A stretch of 64,000 nt of DNA from a bacterium (GCA_037143195.1 JBAWZD010000001.1:208892-272891), one strand, 5' to 3'; counted from the stretch's first letter, positions 40,300 to 50,819 are shown. Notes: generated by a model from the letters alone, not told the origin. Numbers and translations: made by a program.

Positions 40300-40545
40300 C
40301 TATCGAAATCCTCCAAGTGGCGGATGGTACGCCTCCCCCATACGCTCGAGCGGAATTGAGAGAATCGACGTCACAAGGAAGAGCAAGAAGTAGAGCGGTG
40401 TAGCAAGAAAAAATGACACGCGGTCGTTCACCTGCCAATCACGGTAATGTTCTTGTAGGTACAAGAACGCCGTATTAAGTGGGTAATAAAAAATCGAAAG
40501 AATCGAAATGATAAGAATTTTGATTGCATTAATGAGGAATTCCAT
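40300..40545 (-). CDS. Small hypothetical 2-TM membrane protein
   Basis: 81-aa hydrophobic ORF. Weak support. Confidence 0.3.
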   Translation of the reverse strand: MEFLINAIKILIISILSIFYYPLNTAFLYLQEHYRDWQVNDRVSFFLATPLYFLLFLVTSILSIPLERMGEAYHPPLGGFR

Positions 40546-40560
40546 ACAGTATATTGCTCG

Positions 40561-41508
40561 TTATAGGAGTAACCCGACTCCTTTTTTGACTGCGACCATT
40601 TTTTGTTCGGCGCGAGTTTTCACAACCTCGGCGCCAGCGGATAATACATCTTCGACGATTTTCGGATTTGCAAGTAATTCTTCATATCGTGCACGCATAG
40701 GTGTAACGAATGCTTTGATATCGCTTGCGAGTGCATCTTTGAGTGCTTTGTACTTGCCTTTGTTTGCTTCGTAGAGCGGTGCGAGTTCAGCTTCCGATTT
40801 GAAGAGCTTGTGAATCGCATACACATTTACCGGAACATCACCTGACGAATCGGTCACAATACTCATCACTGCCTTTTCGATTTCAGCATCACTCGCAAAA
40901 AGTGGAATCGTGTTTCCATAACTCTTGCTCATTTTGCGACCGTCGAGCCCTGGAACAATACCAGTTGATTCAAGAATAAGTGGCTCTGGCATTTTAAATT
41001 GCTCGCCCCAAATGCGATTAAATTTTTCTGCCGTATCGCGCGCATATTCAATATGTTGCTTCTGATCAGAGCCAACAGGAACAACGTCAGGGTTTTGCAT
41101 CAAAATATCCGCTGCCATGAGGATTGGATAATCAAAAAGCCCGACAGTCGCTTCTTTGCCATTTGCAACAGCATCCTTGTAGGCTACAGCTCGCTCAAGA
41201 TATGGAACAGTCGTCAAACAATTAAACATCCACGTAAGCTCACAGAGCTCGCCACCAATTGCAGATTGTTGGAACAATGTGACTTTTTTTGGATCAAGTC
41301 CGCACGCCATGTATGTTGCCGCAATAGTAAAAATATTCTTTCGAAGTTCGGCACGATCACGTACCGTCGTCAACGCATGCAAATCAGCAATAAAAATATA
41401 TGATTCATACGAATCTTGCATGTCGATGAACTGCTTGATAGCTCCAAAATAGTTGCCGAGGTGCATATCACCTGTCGGTTTGATGCCAGAAAGGAGGACT
41501 TTTTTCAT
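40561..41508 (-). CDS. trpS: Tryptophanyl-tRNA synthetase
   Basis: HIGH-type motif GDMHLGNYFGA and KMSKS motif KMSKSYGN. 315 aa. Confidence 0.92.
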   Translation of the reverse strand: MKKVLLSGIKPTGDMHLGNYFGAIKQFIDMQDSYESYIFIADLHALTTVRDRAELRKNIFTIAATYMACGLDPKKVTLFQQSAIGGELCELTWMFNCLTTVPYLERAVAYKDAVANGKEATVGLFDYPILMAADILMQNPDVVPVGSDQKQHIEYARDTAEKFNRIWGEQFKMPEPLILESTGIVPGLDGRKMSKSYGNTIPLFASDAEIEKAVMSIVTDSSGDVPVNVYAIHKLFKSEAELAPLYEANKGKYKALKDALASDIKAFVTPMRARYEELLANPKIVEDVLSAGAEVVKTRAEQKMVAVKKGVGLLL

Positions 41509-41624
41509 AGTTCGAGTATACCAAACCGAGGAAAAAAACGCGATGGCTCACTATTCACACGTTAGTAACACGGTTTCCCTGTTTGCCTACTTCCGTTCAA
41601 ATTCTTACGTGCTAAAATCGGTGC

Positions 41625-43019
41625 ATGTCTGGCGAAAAGAAACTCCGCGTTCCACCCCAAAGTCTCGATTCCGAGAAGGCTGTTCTTGGTTCCATTATGT
41701 TGAAACCGGGCACGCTCCTCGATATTGCAGACCGAATCACTGCAGAGTCGTTTTATAGCGACAAACACCGCAAGATTTATGAGACCATGCTTGAGCTTTC
41801 GGCCAAAAACGAGCCGATTGATCTTTTGACACTCTCTCACCGTCTCAAAGAAAAGAAATTGATTGATTCCATCGGTGGATCAAAATTCTTGGCTGAGCTT
41901 ACAAATTCAGTTCCGTCTTCGACCAACGCCGAGCATTATGCAGCAATCGTTGAGGAAAAATATATCCTTCGTCGTCTAATCGAATCTGCCGACAAACTTG
42001 CTGAGCTCGGATACGATACTCAGGAACTCACGCTTGAAGATGTGCTCGACACAGCGGAAAAAGAAATTTTCGCAATCGCAGAAAGTCCAAAGCGTGGAAA
42101 ATATCTCGCACTCAAAGACACACTCGGCGAAGCATGGACTCGTCTTGAACGATTGCACTCAAACAAAGGTGAGATTCGTGGAGTCGCAACAGGATTCAAA
42201 GCGCTCGACGATATGTTGTCTGGATTTCAGAATTCTGACCTCATTATTCTTGCCGCTCGTCCGTCTGTGGGAAAAACCACGCTTGCCCTTGATTTCGCTC
42301 GCCTTGCTGCGACCAAGCAGAATGTTGGTGTTGCTATCTTCTCGCTTGAAATGAGCTCTCAACAGCTTGTAGACCGTATGCTGGCCGCTGAATCACGCGT
42401 GAGTGCATGGCAATTGCGCACCGGAGGACTTTCGACCAGCGGTTCGGACTTTACGCTTCTTCGTGAAGGTCTCGACCGTCTTTCAAAAGCACCAATCTTC
42501 ATCGACGATCAAGCATCGAGTACCATCGCGCACATCAAATCGATTTCTCGCCGTCTCAAAAACGAACACAACATAGGTCTCATCATCATCGACTACCTCC
42601 AGCTCATGTCGACAAGTAAAAACTACGACTCAATGGTAAATCAAGTGACCGAAATTTCGCGCTCGCTCAAAGCACTTGCCCGTGAAATCAATGTTCCAGT
42701 CATTGCCCTGTCACAGCTTTCCCGTGCCGTGGAAGCTCGTGGTGGCGAACCTCGCCTCTCCGACCTCCGTGACTCAGGATCTATTGAACAAGATGCCGAC
42801 GTGGTGATGTTCATTCACCGCGAAGACCGCTTCAACAAAGAATCCGACAGACAGAATATTGCAAAAATCATCATCGCAAAACACCGTAACGGTCCTGTTG
42901 GAGATATTGAACTATACATGGACGAGAAAACTTCGAGCTTCATGTCGATTGATACCGGTTCTGGCCTTGATGCATTCGCCGCTTCGAGTGGAGGCAGTAG
43001 CACTGATGTAGATTTCTAA
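41625..43019 (+). CDS. dnaB: Replicative DNA helicase
   Basis: N-terminal DnaB domain PPQSLDSEKAVLGSIM, Walker A AARPSVGKTTLALD and the RecA-like C-terminal domain. No intein. Confidence 0.95.
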   Translation: MSGEKKLRVPPQSLDSEKAVLGSIMLKPGTLLDIADRITAESFYSDKHRKIYETMLELSAKNEPIDLLTLSHRLKEKKLIDSIGGSKFLAELTNSVPSSTNAEHYAAIVEEKYILRRLIESADKLAELGYDTQELTLEDVLDTAEKEIFAIAESPKRGKYLALKDTLGEAWTRLERLHSNKGEIRGVATGFKALDDMLSGFQNSDLIILAARPSVGKTTLALDFARLAATKQNVGVAIFSLEMSSQQLVDRMLAAESRVSAWQLRTGGLSTSGSDFTLLREGLDRLSKAPIFIDDQASSTIAHIKSISRRLKNEHNIGLIIIDYLQLMSTSKNYDSMVNQVTEISRSLKALAREINVPVIALSQLSRAVEARGGEPRLSDLRDSGSIEQDADVVMFIHREDRFNKESDRQNIAKIIIAKHRNGPVGDIELYMDEKTSSFMSIDTGSGLDAFAASSGGSSTDVDF

Positions 43020-43029
43020 ATTCGTTCGT

Positions 43030-43644
43030 ATGGAAACACTCAAACAGCTCCAACAACTCTTCAAACGATTCCCAGGGATCGGTGAACGACAAGCGATGCG
43101 CTTCGCGTATTTCTTGGCGACAGCAGATGAGAATTACACTCGGGATTTGATTGAACAAGTCACCCGACTTCGCAAAAATGTTCGTCGTTGTGCACGATGC
43201 TACGCCCTCTCCGAAAATATTGCCGATGGAAAATGTCCGGTTTGTAATGACAACACGCGCGACAAAAGTATGCTCCTCATTGTCGAAAAGGACGCCGATC
43301 GTGACCGATTTATGCAATCGCGAACGTATAGCGGTACGTATTTTGTGCTTGGAGGTCTCGCGCCTGCGATTGAAAAAGATGCTTCCACGCATATTCGTCT
43401 TGAAGAATTGTCTCGGCTCGTAAGTGCAGAATCAAAATCCACACTCAAAGAAATCATTCTTGCGCTCTCGGCCACACCTGACGGCGAGCGTACCGAAGCA
43501 CTCGTCACGCTTCAGCTTCAGAAATCCGAAACCAAAATCCCTGTCTCAATCCTCGGCAAGGGTCTCTCAACCGGCACGGAAATCGAATACTCCGACGCCG
43601 ACACACTCGGCAATGCGCTCCGCACGCGAACGAAGAGCGAGTAA
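43030..43644 (+). CDS. recR: Recombination protein RecR
   Basis: HhH motif FPGIGERQAMRFAYFL, C4 zinc finger CARCYALSE...CPVC and Toprim domain. Confidence 0.92.
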   Translation: METLKQLQQLFKRFPGIGERQAMRFAYFLATADENYTRDLIEQVTRLRKNVRRCARCYALSENIADGKCPVCNDNTRDKSMLLIVEKDADRDRFMQSRTYSGTYFVLGGLAPAIEKDASTHIRLEELSRLVSAESKSTLKEIILALSATPDGERTEALVTLQLQKSETKIPVSILGKGLSTGTEIEYSDADTLGNALRTRTKSE

Positions 43645-43672
43645 TTGATTATTCATAATTACAGATAACCAT

Positions 43673-44008
43673 ATGGCAACGATAGAAGATTTTTTGAAAC
43701 TTGATATTCGTATTGGCAAAATTATTTCTGTGACCGATTTCCCTGAAGCTAAAAAACCTGCGTATAAACTTACTATCGATTTTGGCGCAGAAATTGGAGT
43801 CAAAAAATCATCGGCACAAATTGTCGCGCGATATACAAAGGAGGAACTCGCTGGCAAACTCGTTCTCGGCGTCGTCAATTTCCCATCACTAAAAGTTGGT
43901 CCATTCGAGTCAGAAGTCCTTACTCTTGGCGTACCCGATTCTAATGGAAAAGTAATTTTAATAACTCCTGAATCTCCTGACGCCACAATTGGAGGGAAAT
44001 TATACTAA
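43673..44008 (+). CDS. tRNA-binding domain protein (CsaA/Trbp111/EMAP-II-like)
   Basis: DFLKLDIRIGKIISVTDFPEAKKPAYKLTIDFG is the MetRS-C/CsaA OB-fold signature. Confidence 0.85.
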   Translation: MATIEDFLKLDIRIGKIISVTDFPEAKKPAYKLTIDFGAEIGVKKSSAQIVARYTKEELAGKLVLGVVNFPSLKVGPFESEVLTLGVPDSNGKVILITPESPDATIGGKLY

Positions 44009-44025
44009 TACATATTCTGCATAAC

Positions 44026-44059
44026 AAAAAACACTCTGAGATTTTCAGAGTGTTTTTTG
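44026..44059. terminator. Bidirectional terminator between the convergent csaA-like gene and rplU
   Basis: aaaaaacactctgagattttcagagtgttttttg. Confidence 0.7.
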
Positions 44060-44071
44060 TTATTGGAACTA

Positions 44072-44392
44072 TTATTTGATCGCTGAAATCTTCACTTCTG
44101 AATATTCCTGACGATGTCCGTTCTTCTTGTGATACTTACTCTTTGCTTTGTACTTCACGACGAGGACTTTCTTTCCGCGACCTGCGGTTTGAAAAATTCC
44201 TTCGACAGTAGCACCTTTAATCGTTGGAGTTCCGACTGAAGTGTCTTTGCCGTTGTCGACGAGGAGAACTTGATCAAATACTACCTTGTCGCCTTTTTTG
44301 AGGTCACCTGGAAGTGTTTCTACGCGGACAACATCTCCGACAGATACCGGATACTGTTTGCCCCCTGTTGCTATAATTGCGAATTCAGTCAT
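44072..44392 (-). CDS. rplU: 50S ribosomal protein L21
   Basis: MTEFAIIATGGKQYPVSVGDVVRVE is the L21 signature. Confidence 0.93.
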   Translation of the reverse strand: MTEFAIIATGGKQYPVSVGDVVRVETLPGDLKKGDKVVFDQVLLVDNGKDTSVGTPTIKGATVEGIFQTAGRGKKVLVVKYKAKSKYHKKNGHRQEYSEVKISAIK

Positions 44393-44444
44393 ACCAAGAG
44401 TATATTACACGATTTTTTATAGAAGTCAAACTGTGGAAAGTGCC

Positions 44445-45827
44445 TTAAAATAAGGACAAAATGGCAGCAATACCAGCCACAGCCATAATGCCCACAGTGA
44501 GCCAACCAACACGTGTCGCAAGCTTGCTGTTGGTATAATCCCCCATTATTTTCTTCTCCGAGCTCAGAAGCACCACGAAAATCAATATAACAGGGGCAAT
44601 AACACCGTTTGCTACCGCAGAATAAATGAGAGCTTTGATAGGATCGATGCCACAGAAATTGAGCAAAATACCAAGCACGACCGAGACGATGATAACTCCA
44701 TAGAATGCGTACGCCTCTTTCAATTTGCGATATAAACCATGCTTCCAACCAAAGCTTTCTGAGATTGCGTACGAAGTTGATCCGGCGAGTACTGGTATGG
44801 CGAGCATTCCTGTGCCGATGATACCGATCGCAAAGAGAAAGAATGCGAGGTCACCGGCGAATGGACGGAGAGCCAAGGCAGCGTCAGCTGCCGTCGCGAT
44901 ATTGGTAACTCCATGGGAATACAAAGTCGCGGCACACGCTGCAATGATAAAGAACATCACGATGTTTGAGAAAAACATTCCACTCCAAACATCTGCGCGT
45001 ATATGACGGATCTCTTTTTTGGTGACAGGTTGAATCCATTTATTTTCATCATCGCGTCCTTGCAAATTTTGTTCTTCGACTTCTTGTGAAGTTTGCCAGA
45101 AAAACAGGTATGGTGAAATCGTTGTACCAAGAATGGCACAGATAAGAAAAATTTGGTCCTTGCTGAACGTGATACTTGGCATGACTGTATTTCGCATCAG
45201 TACTCCCCAGTCAAGATGACTCATAAGTGCGGAGAAAATATATGCGAGCAAAATAAACGCGAGATATTTGAGATATTTTGCGTAACGAGCATATGTCGTG
45301 AAGATTTGAAGCAACAAACTCAACACAGCAAAGCCAATGATGAGCAACATAAAGCTCATGTGTGGAGCGATCAACTGTGTTCCTTTTGCCATTGCACCGA
45401 GATCAGCGCCAATATTAAAGGTATTCGCCACAAACAAAAGTGATGTGATCATATACAACGCCCAGCGTGGATATCGATGACGAATGTTCGCTGCAAGTCC
45501 GTGGCCAGTGACGACACCAATGCGCGCACACATTTCTTGCACGACGGCCATGAGTGGAAAGGTAAACCATGAAAGCCAGAGAAGTTTGAATCCGTATTGA
45601 GCTCCAGTTTGGGAGTATGTGGCAATTCCGGAAGGATCGTCGTCAGAGGCACCAGACGTGAGTCCTGGTCCAAGTGTGTTCCAATATTCTTCGGCAAGCT
45701 TAAACGGCTTCTTGCTCACAAGAATTTTTTCCTCTTTTTCCACGAATTCGATCCCTTCTTCGAGTAATTTTGCGGGGACTTCGAATGCTTCTTCAAGTCC
45801 ATCCGTTTCCGTTTTTTTCATATTCAT
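44445..45827 (-). CDS. mntH: NRAMP-family divalent metal (Mn2+/Fe2+) transporter
   Basis: GPGLTSGASDDDPSGIATYSQTGAQYGF is the Nramp DPGN-like consensus region. 11-12 TM segments. Confidence 0.88.
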   Translation of the reverse strand: MNMKKTETDGLEEAFEVPAKLLEEGIEFVEKEEKILVSKKPFKLAEEYWNTLGPGLTSGASDDDPSGIATYSQTGAQYGFKLLWLSWFTFPLMAVVQEMCARIGVVTGHGLAANIRHRYPRWALYMITSLLFVANTFNIGADLGAMAKGTQLIAPHMSFMLLIIGFAVLSLLLQIFTTYARYAKYLKYLAFILLAYIFSALMSHLDWGVLMRNTVMPSITFSKDQIFLICAILGTTISPYLFFWQTSQEVEEQNLQGRDDENKWIQPVTKKEIRHIRADVWSGMFFSNIVMFFIIAACAATLYSHGVTNIATAADAALALRPFAGDLAFFLFAIGIIGTGMLAIPVLAGSTSYAISESFGWKHGLYRKLKEAYAFYGVIIVSVVLGILLNFCGIDPIKALIYSAVANGVIAPVILIFVVLLSSEKKIMGDYTNSKLATRVGWLTVGIMAVAGIAAILSLF

Positions 45828-45891
45828 AATACTAAGCGAAAGTATACTCTATACACTTACATTTTGGAAATAGAACAAGTATAATGTACGC

Positions 45892-46806
45892 ATGATATCT
45901 CGATACACAACACGCCAAGGTCTCACGTGGATTGATCTTGAATCTCCAACCAAAGAAGAAGCAGATGCAATCTCAGAAGAATATAGTCTTCATCCATTAA
46001 TCACAAATGAACTCGTGACGAGTTCTGAACGCGCAAAAGTCGACATCTACGAAAATGGCATTTATGTCATTTTGCATTTCCCTATCCGCAACCGCACCAC
46101 AGGACGAATCCGCGAAACGGAAATCGATTTCGTTTTGCTTGAAAACACGCTCATCACGACTCACTATGAACTTGTGGATCCACTCCACGATTTTGCAAAG
46201 ATTTTTGAAGCAAATAGCTATATTTCTAGCGCACGTTTCGGCGAGCATGCTGGTTTCCTTTTCTTTGCCCAAATGAAAGAGCTCTACAAGCACACACTCT
46301 TCCTCCTTGAATCAGTCGAACACGACATTCGTGACATTGAACACAAAATTTTTGCTGGACAAGAAACGGCAATGGTCAGTCACCTCTCACGTGTATCCCG
46401 CACAATCATCGATCTCAAATCAGCGCTTCGCTCTCACACTGAAATGATCAAATCATTCAGTGCCTCAGCCCAAAAGATGTATGGTCCTGAATTCGCAAAC
46501 TACGCATCTATGATTGAAGGCGAATGCTTACACGTTACGCAAGCGCTCGAAGAAAGTCGCCAAATGGTGCAAGACCTCCGCCGCACCAACGACTCTCTCC
46601 TTTCGGCAAAGACCAACGCCACAATGCGTCGCCTCACTGCGATCAACGTCGTATTGCTTCCTCTCGGGCTCATTTCATGGATATTTGCAATGAACTCAAA
46701 ATACCTGTATCTTGATGATCCGAAGCGCCTCATTGCCGTCCTCGCAAGCATGGTCTTCACTTGTCTCATCTTGATAATCTATTTCCGCTCTAAAAAATGG
46801 CTTTAA
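45892..46806 (+). CDS. corA: CorA-family Mg2+/Co2+ transporter
   Basis: Cytoplasmic N-domain plus two C-terminal TM helices with an AMN (GMN-like) motif IFAMNSKYL. Confidence 0.82.
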   Translation: MISRYTTRQGLTWIDLESPTKEEADAISEEYSLHPLITNELVTSSERAKVDIYENGIYVILHFPIRNRTTGRIRETEIDFVLLENTLITTHYELVDPLHDFAKIFEANSYISSARFGEHAGFLFFAQMKELYKHTLFLLESVEHDIRDIEHKIFAGQETAMVSHLSRVSRTIIDLKSALRSHTEMIKSFSASAQKMYGPEFANYASMIEGECLHVTQALEESRQMVQDLRRTNDSLLSAKTNATMRRLTAINVVLLPLGLISWIFAMNSKYLYLDDPKRLIAVLASMVFTCLILIIYFRSKKWL

Positions 46807-48212
46807 CGTTCTACAATTCTCTCACGCGCAAAATCGAACCGTTTCGTACGACAAGTGCACACGGTGTTGGTATGTATACCTGCGGGCCGACTGTCTACAA
46901 CTATGTAACGATCGGCAATTGGCGCACCTACACGCTCGGCGACCTCGTAGCTCGTGTGCTTCGCTACAACGAGTACAAGGTCAATTACTACATGAATATT
47001 ACCGATGTCGGTCATTTGACTGGCGACAATAGTGGTGACGCAGATACCGGTGAAGATCGCATGGAAAAAGCCAAGGCTCGTGAAGGCAAAAATGCATGGG
47101 AAATCGCAAAGTTTTATACCGAAGATTTCAAGCATGGATACACAATGCTGAATCTCACTTTGCCTGAAGCATTCCTCCCTGCAACAGAACATATTCCCGA
47201 GCAAATTGCACTTGTACAACAGCTCGAACAAGCAGGCCTCACGTACCGTATCAATGACGGTATCTATTTCGACACTGAGGCATTCGAGAAGAAAGGATTT
47301 ACGTATGGCGTGCTTTCAAACCTCGACCAAATCAAAGCAGGTGCACGTGTCGACTTCAATCCAGAAAAACGTAACTTCCGCGACTTCGCTCTTTGGAAAT
47401 TTAGCCCGACCGATGCACAGCGTGACATGGAATGGCAGAGCCCATGGGGTGTTGGATTCCCTGGCTGGCATATTGAATGTTCAGCTATGAGTATGAAGTA
47501 TCTCGGTGAGCAATTTGACATCCACGTCGGTGGTGAAGATCTCAAGAGTACGCATCATCCAAACGAAATAGCGCAAGCAGAAGGCGCGACTGGCAAAAGT
47601 CCGTTCGTACATTTTTGGATGCACGGCGCATTCTTGCAAGTCGATGGCGGTCGCATGGGTAAATCGCTCGGAAATGCATATACACTTGCAGACATTACCG
47701 CACGCAATATCAGCCCACTCGCCCTCCGCTACTTTTACTTCTCTGGCCACTATCGTTCCCCACTCAATTTCACCTGGGAAGCACTCACCGCAGCCGACAC
47801 ATCGCTCAAGCGTATCAAAGCGATCATTACAAGTGACTCGCTCGACACGGAACACATGCTCGCAAGCGGCAAAGTAGACGAATCATATCGAGAAAAGTTT
47901 TTGTCTGCCATAAACGACGACCTCAATATGCCACTCGCGCTCTCTATCCTTCACGAACTCGTACACGACAAGAACATCGCTCCGAGCGACATGGTGGTAA
48001 CGGCGCTCAATTTTGACGAAGTATTTGGATTCAATCTGGGAGAAAAAACGACACTCGAAATTCCAGCCGAAGTCCTCATCTTGGCAAACAAACGTGAAGA
48101 AGCCCGCAAATCAAAAGACTGGGCAGAGAGCGACACACTTCGCGATGCGATTCTCGCACACGGATTTACAGTGCGAGACACTGACAAAGGTTATGTTATC
48201 GAAAAGAAATAG
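46797..48212 (+). CDS. cysS: Cysteinyl-tRNA synthetase
   Basis: YTCGPTVYNYVTIGNWRTY (HIGH region), KMSKSLGN and the anticodon-binding C-terminus. Confidence 0.95.
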   Translation: MALTFYNSLTRKIEPFRTTSAHGVGMYTCGPTVYNYVTIGNWRTYTLGDLVARVLRYNEYKVNYYMNITDVGHLTGDNSGDADTGEDRMEKAKAREGKNAWEIAKFYTEDFKHGYTMLNLTLPEAFLPATEHIPEQIALVQQLEQAGLTYRINDGIYFDTEAFEKKGFTYGVLSNLDQIKAGARVDFNPEKRNFRDFALWKFSPTDAQRDMEWQSPWGVGFPGWHIECSAMSMKYLGEQFDIHVGGEDLKSTHHPNEIAQAEGATGKSPFVHFWMHGAFLQVDGGRMGKSLGNAYTLADITARNISPLALRYFYFSGHYRSPLNFTWEALTAADTSLKRIKAIITSDSLDTEHMLASGKVDESYREKFLSAINDDLNMPLALSILHELVHDKNIAPSDMVVTALNFDEVFGFNLGEKTTLEIPAEVLILANKREEARKSKDWAESDTLRDAILAHGFTVRDTDKGYVIEKK

Positions 48213-48263
48213 CCAAACAAAAAAACGACTGAGCTCTCGCTCGGTCGTTTTTTTGTAACGAAA

Positions 48264-49652
48264 CTACATCGCCTTGAGTTCAATAGTGAATGTCGAGCCC
48301 TTGCCTGCACCTGGAGAGTCGATAACGACCTCTCCACCATGAGCCTCGGCAATCTGCTTTGCGAGATAGAGACCAAGTCCTGAACCACTTGTGTTTGTCT
48401 TACCTCCTTCTCCACGACTAAATTTCTGGAAGAGTTTTTCTTTTTCTTCTGCGGAAATTCCCATTCCGGTATCGGTGACCGCAATACGAACCATCTTGGT
48501 TGCTTCATTGCGAGCAAGCAAGACGGAAATAGATCCTTGCATGGTGTATTTGATTGCGTTGTCGATGACATTGAGCACCACCTGACGAATCTTTTCCATG
48601 TCTCCATTGATTGTATATGGTCCCTTGTTGTCTGTTGCAAACGAAAGTTTCAATCCTTTCTTTTCTGCGGTGATAGACAAGTCGGTCGTCAAATCGTGAA
48701 CTGGCTTCTCGAGATCAAATGGAGCCATTTCATATTTCATTCCTCCAGCCTCAATCTTGGACACGTTCAACAAGTCTTCAACGATCTTCGTGAGGTGACT
48801 ACTCGATTCGAATACGCGGTTGATAGCTTCCTTTTGCTTTGTATCAACAGTACCAAAGGATCCGTCGAGAAGCATGGATGTATATCCGCGGATTGCAGTA
48901 AGCGGACTACGGAGCTGGTGAGCAGCAAGCGACAAGAATTCTGTTTTGAGCTTGTCGACACTCTTCAATTTTTCGTTTGCATCCTGAAGCGCTTCGTACG
49001 TGAGCGATTTGTCGAGCGCGAGGGAGACCACGTTCACGATACTTCCGATGATACCTTTTTCGTAATCAGGGAGTGAATCATATTCACGATTCATACTGAT
49101 GAGCAACATTCCAAGGACATGTTCACCAAGTGCGAGTGGATAGACGATGGACGATTTGATATGTGCTCGATCTGCGAGCATTTTGATTTCTTCTGGTGCG
49201 AGCACGCCGTTCTTGTGAATGAAGCCGAATTTTTCGTTCAAAACTGGCTGACGCTTGTTCATCACACCGTCGAAAAATTCTCGAGTCGAAGCCTTGTCGA
49301 TTGAAGTGTAATCAATCTTGATTCCCGAAAGACGAAGCTGTTCTTCATAACGATCGGATCTCGAATAGCCGATCTGGTCGAGCGCATCGTTCTCTTTGTC
49401 GTACTGAAACATAGACACAGATTCGTAGTTCAATGCTTCGCGAACCGAATCGGAAATTTTACGAGCAAGATCCTCAGGCGTCAGCGTAAGAATACTTGTC
49501 TCATACAAATTACCAAGAAGCGAAAGCGCCTTGTTTTTGATAGCAAGTTCGGCATTTCGCTTGTAGAGAATTTCGTTTACATCACTCGGAGTGAGTGAGT
49601 CTTTTGCGCTTGATGCGTCTGGTTGTTTTTTGTGCCAGGAAAAAAGTGACAT
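48264..49652 (-). CDS. Cytoplasmic sensor histidine kinase (GAF + HisKA + HATPase_c)
   Basis: HisKA H-box HQLRSPLTAIRGY and HATPase G-boxes GSGLGLYLAK. No TM segment. No response regulator in the window. Confidence 0.85.
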   Translation of the reverse strand: MSLFSWHKKQPDASSAKDSLTPSDVNEILYKRNAELAIKNKALSLLGNLYETSILTLTPEDLARKISDSVREALNYESVSMFQYDKENDALDQIGYSRSDRYEEQLRLSGIKIDYTSIDKASTREFFDGVMNKRQPVLNEKFGFIHKNGVLAPEEIKMLADRAHIKSSIVYPLALGEHVLGMLLISMNREYDSLPDYEKGIIGSIVNVVSLALDKSLTYEALQDANEKLKSVDKLKTEFLSLAAHQLRSPLTAIRGYTSMLLDGSFGTVDTKQKEAINRVFESSSHLTKIVEDLLNVSKIEAGGMKYEMAPFDLEKPVHDLTTDLSITAEKKGLKLSFATDNKGPYTINGDMEKIRQVVLNVIDNAIKYTMQGSISVLLARNEATKMVRIAVTDTGMGISAEEKEKLFQKFSRGEGGKTNTSGSGLGLYLAKQIAEAHGGEVVIDSPGAGKGSTFTIELKAM

Positions 49653-49685
49653 TAGTGACTTGGTTTAAAATTATTGATACTAATG

Positions 49686-49979
49686 TTATTTGAGACTTGT
49701 CGGAATATCTTCTGATGGAATATCTGCTGTAAGGTCTACGACTGCTTCACGACTGACTTCTCGAGAGAGACGTCCGAAAAGCTGTTCGTAGCGAGAAACG
49801 AGACTGTTGATGACTTCCTTTGGCTCCCCTGTGACGCTCACTGTGTGAGCCTTAGGATCAACAATGGTAAGCCCTGGAACCTTCGCTGCCTCACTCCAAG
49901 CGAGTGGCCCGATGATAGCCTCCTGCTCCTTGATGATACGGATAGATATTTGATTGAAGACGTCTATTGCTGTATCCAT
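49686..49979 (-). CDS. Small hypothetical protein immediately upstream of, and co-directional with, the histidine kinase
   Basis: 97-aa ORF, 33 bp from the HK start. No family recognised. Confidence 0.4.
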   Translation of the reverse strand: MDTAIDVFNQISIRIIKEQEAIIGPLAWSEAAKVPGLTIVDPKAHTVSVTGEPKEVINSLVSRYEQLFGRLSREVSREAVVDLTADIPSEDIPTSLK

Positions 49980-49987
49980 AATGATTA

Positions 49988-50815
49988 TTATTGCGTGTTA
50001 CGTATTTTTGAAAATACCGCGCCGAATTGAATAAGGGCAAACGACAAAAAAGTGTAGGCAAGTAAGTATAGCATGTCTCCGTATCCACCATTCAGCCAAG
50101 TGTTGTTCCCTGCTTGGTAAAGGAAATTAAAGTCAGCAATGTACTGCACACATAGCGCTCCCAATAAAAGAAGCACGGTGCTTTTCATTACTCCACCCAA
50201 GAAATCTTTTGAAAATACAAAAGCTAACATAGCGAGAGAAATGTAGGTCGCCTGACCAAGTGGATATCCAAAATCTAACACTATCTTAAGTGGATTCGTA
50301 AAATCAAACTGATAGCCTCTTAAGAAAAGCGTATATGAAAGCCCTAGCAATACCGCTGGGAGCAAAAACGCAAAAGCTTTACCGTGATATGACTTCAATG
50401 AGATTCTTGAACCGCAAACACGTCCAATAAGGTATGTTCCGTAAATATAAAACGGAATACTACCGAAGAATCCGACGTCAGCAAGAGACGGATACGGTAC
50501 TTGCACTTTTAACACCAGATTGTAAATACTAAAAACTGTTTGCCCGAAGTTTTGAAGCAAAAGACCAATTGAAAAAACTAGTACAGCTCGGCCGATAAGA
50601 CTTTTTGCGCCGCCCCATGAATTTGAAATTATAATACCAGAAACAGCACCAATAAATGCGACAATCTGATAAACAGCGCCCCAGCGAAGATTCTCGATTG
50701 TTAAACTTGAGTTAAATTTAAAAAACAAAATCGCCCACCACACCGCAAGCGCAACAGAAACAACCAATAATATTTTTTTTGGGAACTCGAACGTTGGAGA
50801 TTGTACTTGGTCCAT
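49988..50815 (-). CDS. Polytopic membrane protein, paralogue A (paired with 52673-53527)
   Basis: About 8 TM segments. Shares conserved blocks with the paralogue, e.g. VQVPYPSLADVGFFGSIPFYIYG versus VSAPYPSFADLGFAPSVFFYCIG, and DFGYPLGQ versus DIAYPLGD. Confidence 0.5.
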   Translation of the reverse strand: MDQVQSPTFEFPKKILLVVSVALAVWWAILFFKFNSSLTIENLRWGAVYQIVAFIGAVSGIIISNSWGGAKSLIGRAVLVFSIGLLLQNFGQTVFSIYNLVLKVQVPYPSLADVGFFGSIPFYIYGTYLIGRVCGSRISLKSYHGKAFAFLLPAVLLGLSYTLFLRGYQFDFTNPLKIVLDFGYPLGQATYISLAMLAFVFSKDFLGGVMKSTVLLLLGALCVQYIADFNFLYQAGNNTWLNGGYGDMLYLLAYTFLSFALIQFGAVFSKIRNTQ

Positions 50816-50819
50816 GCAC

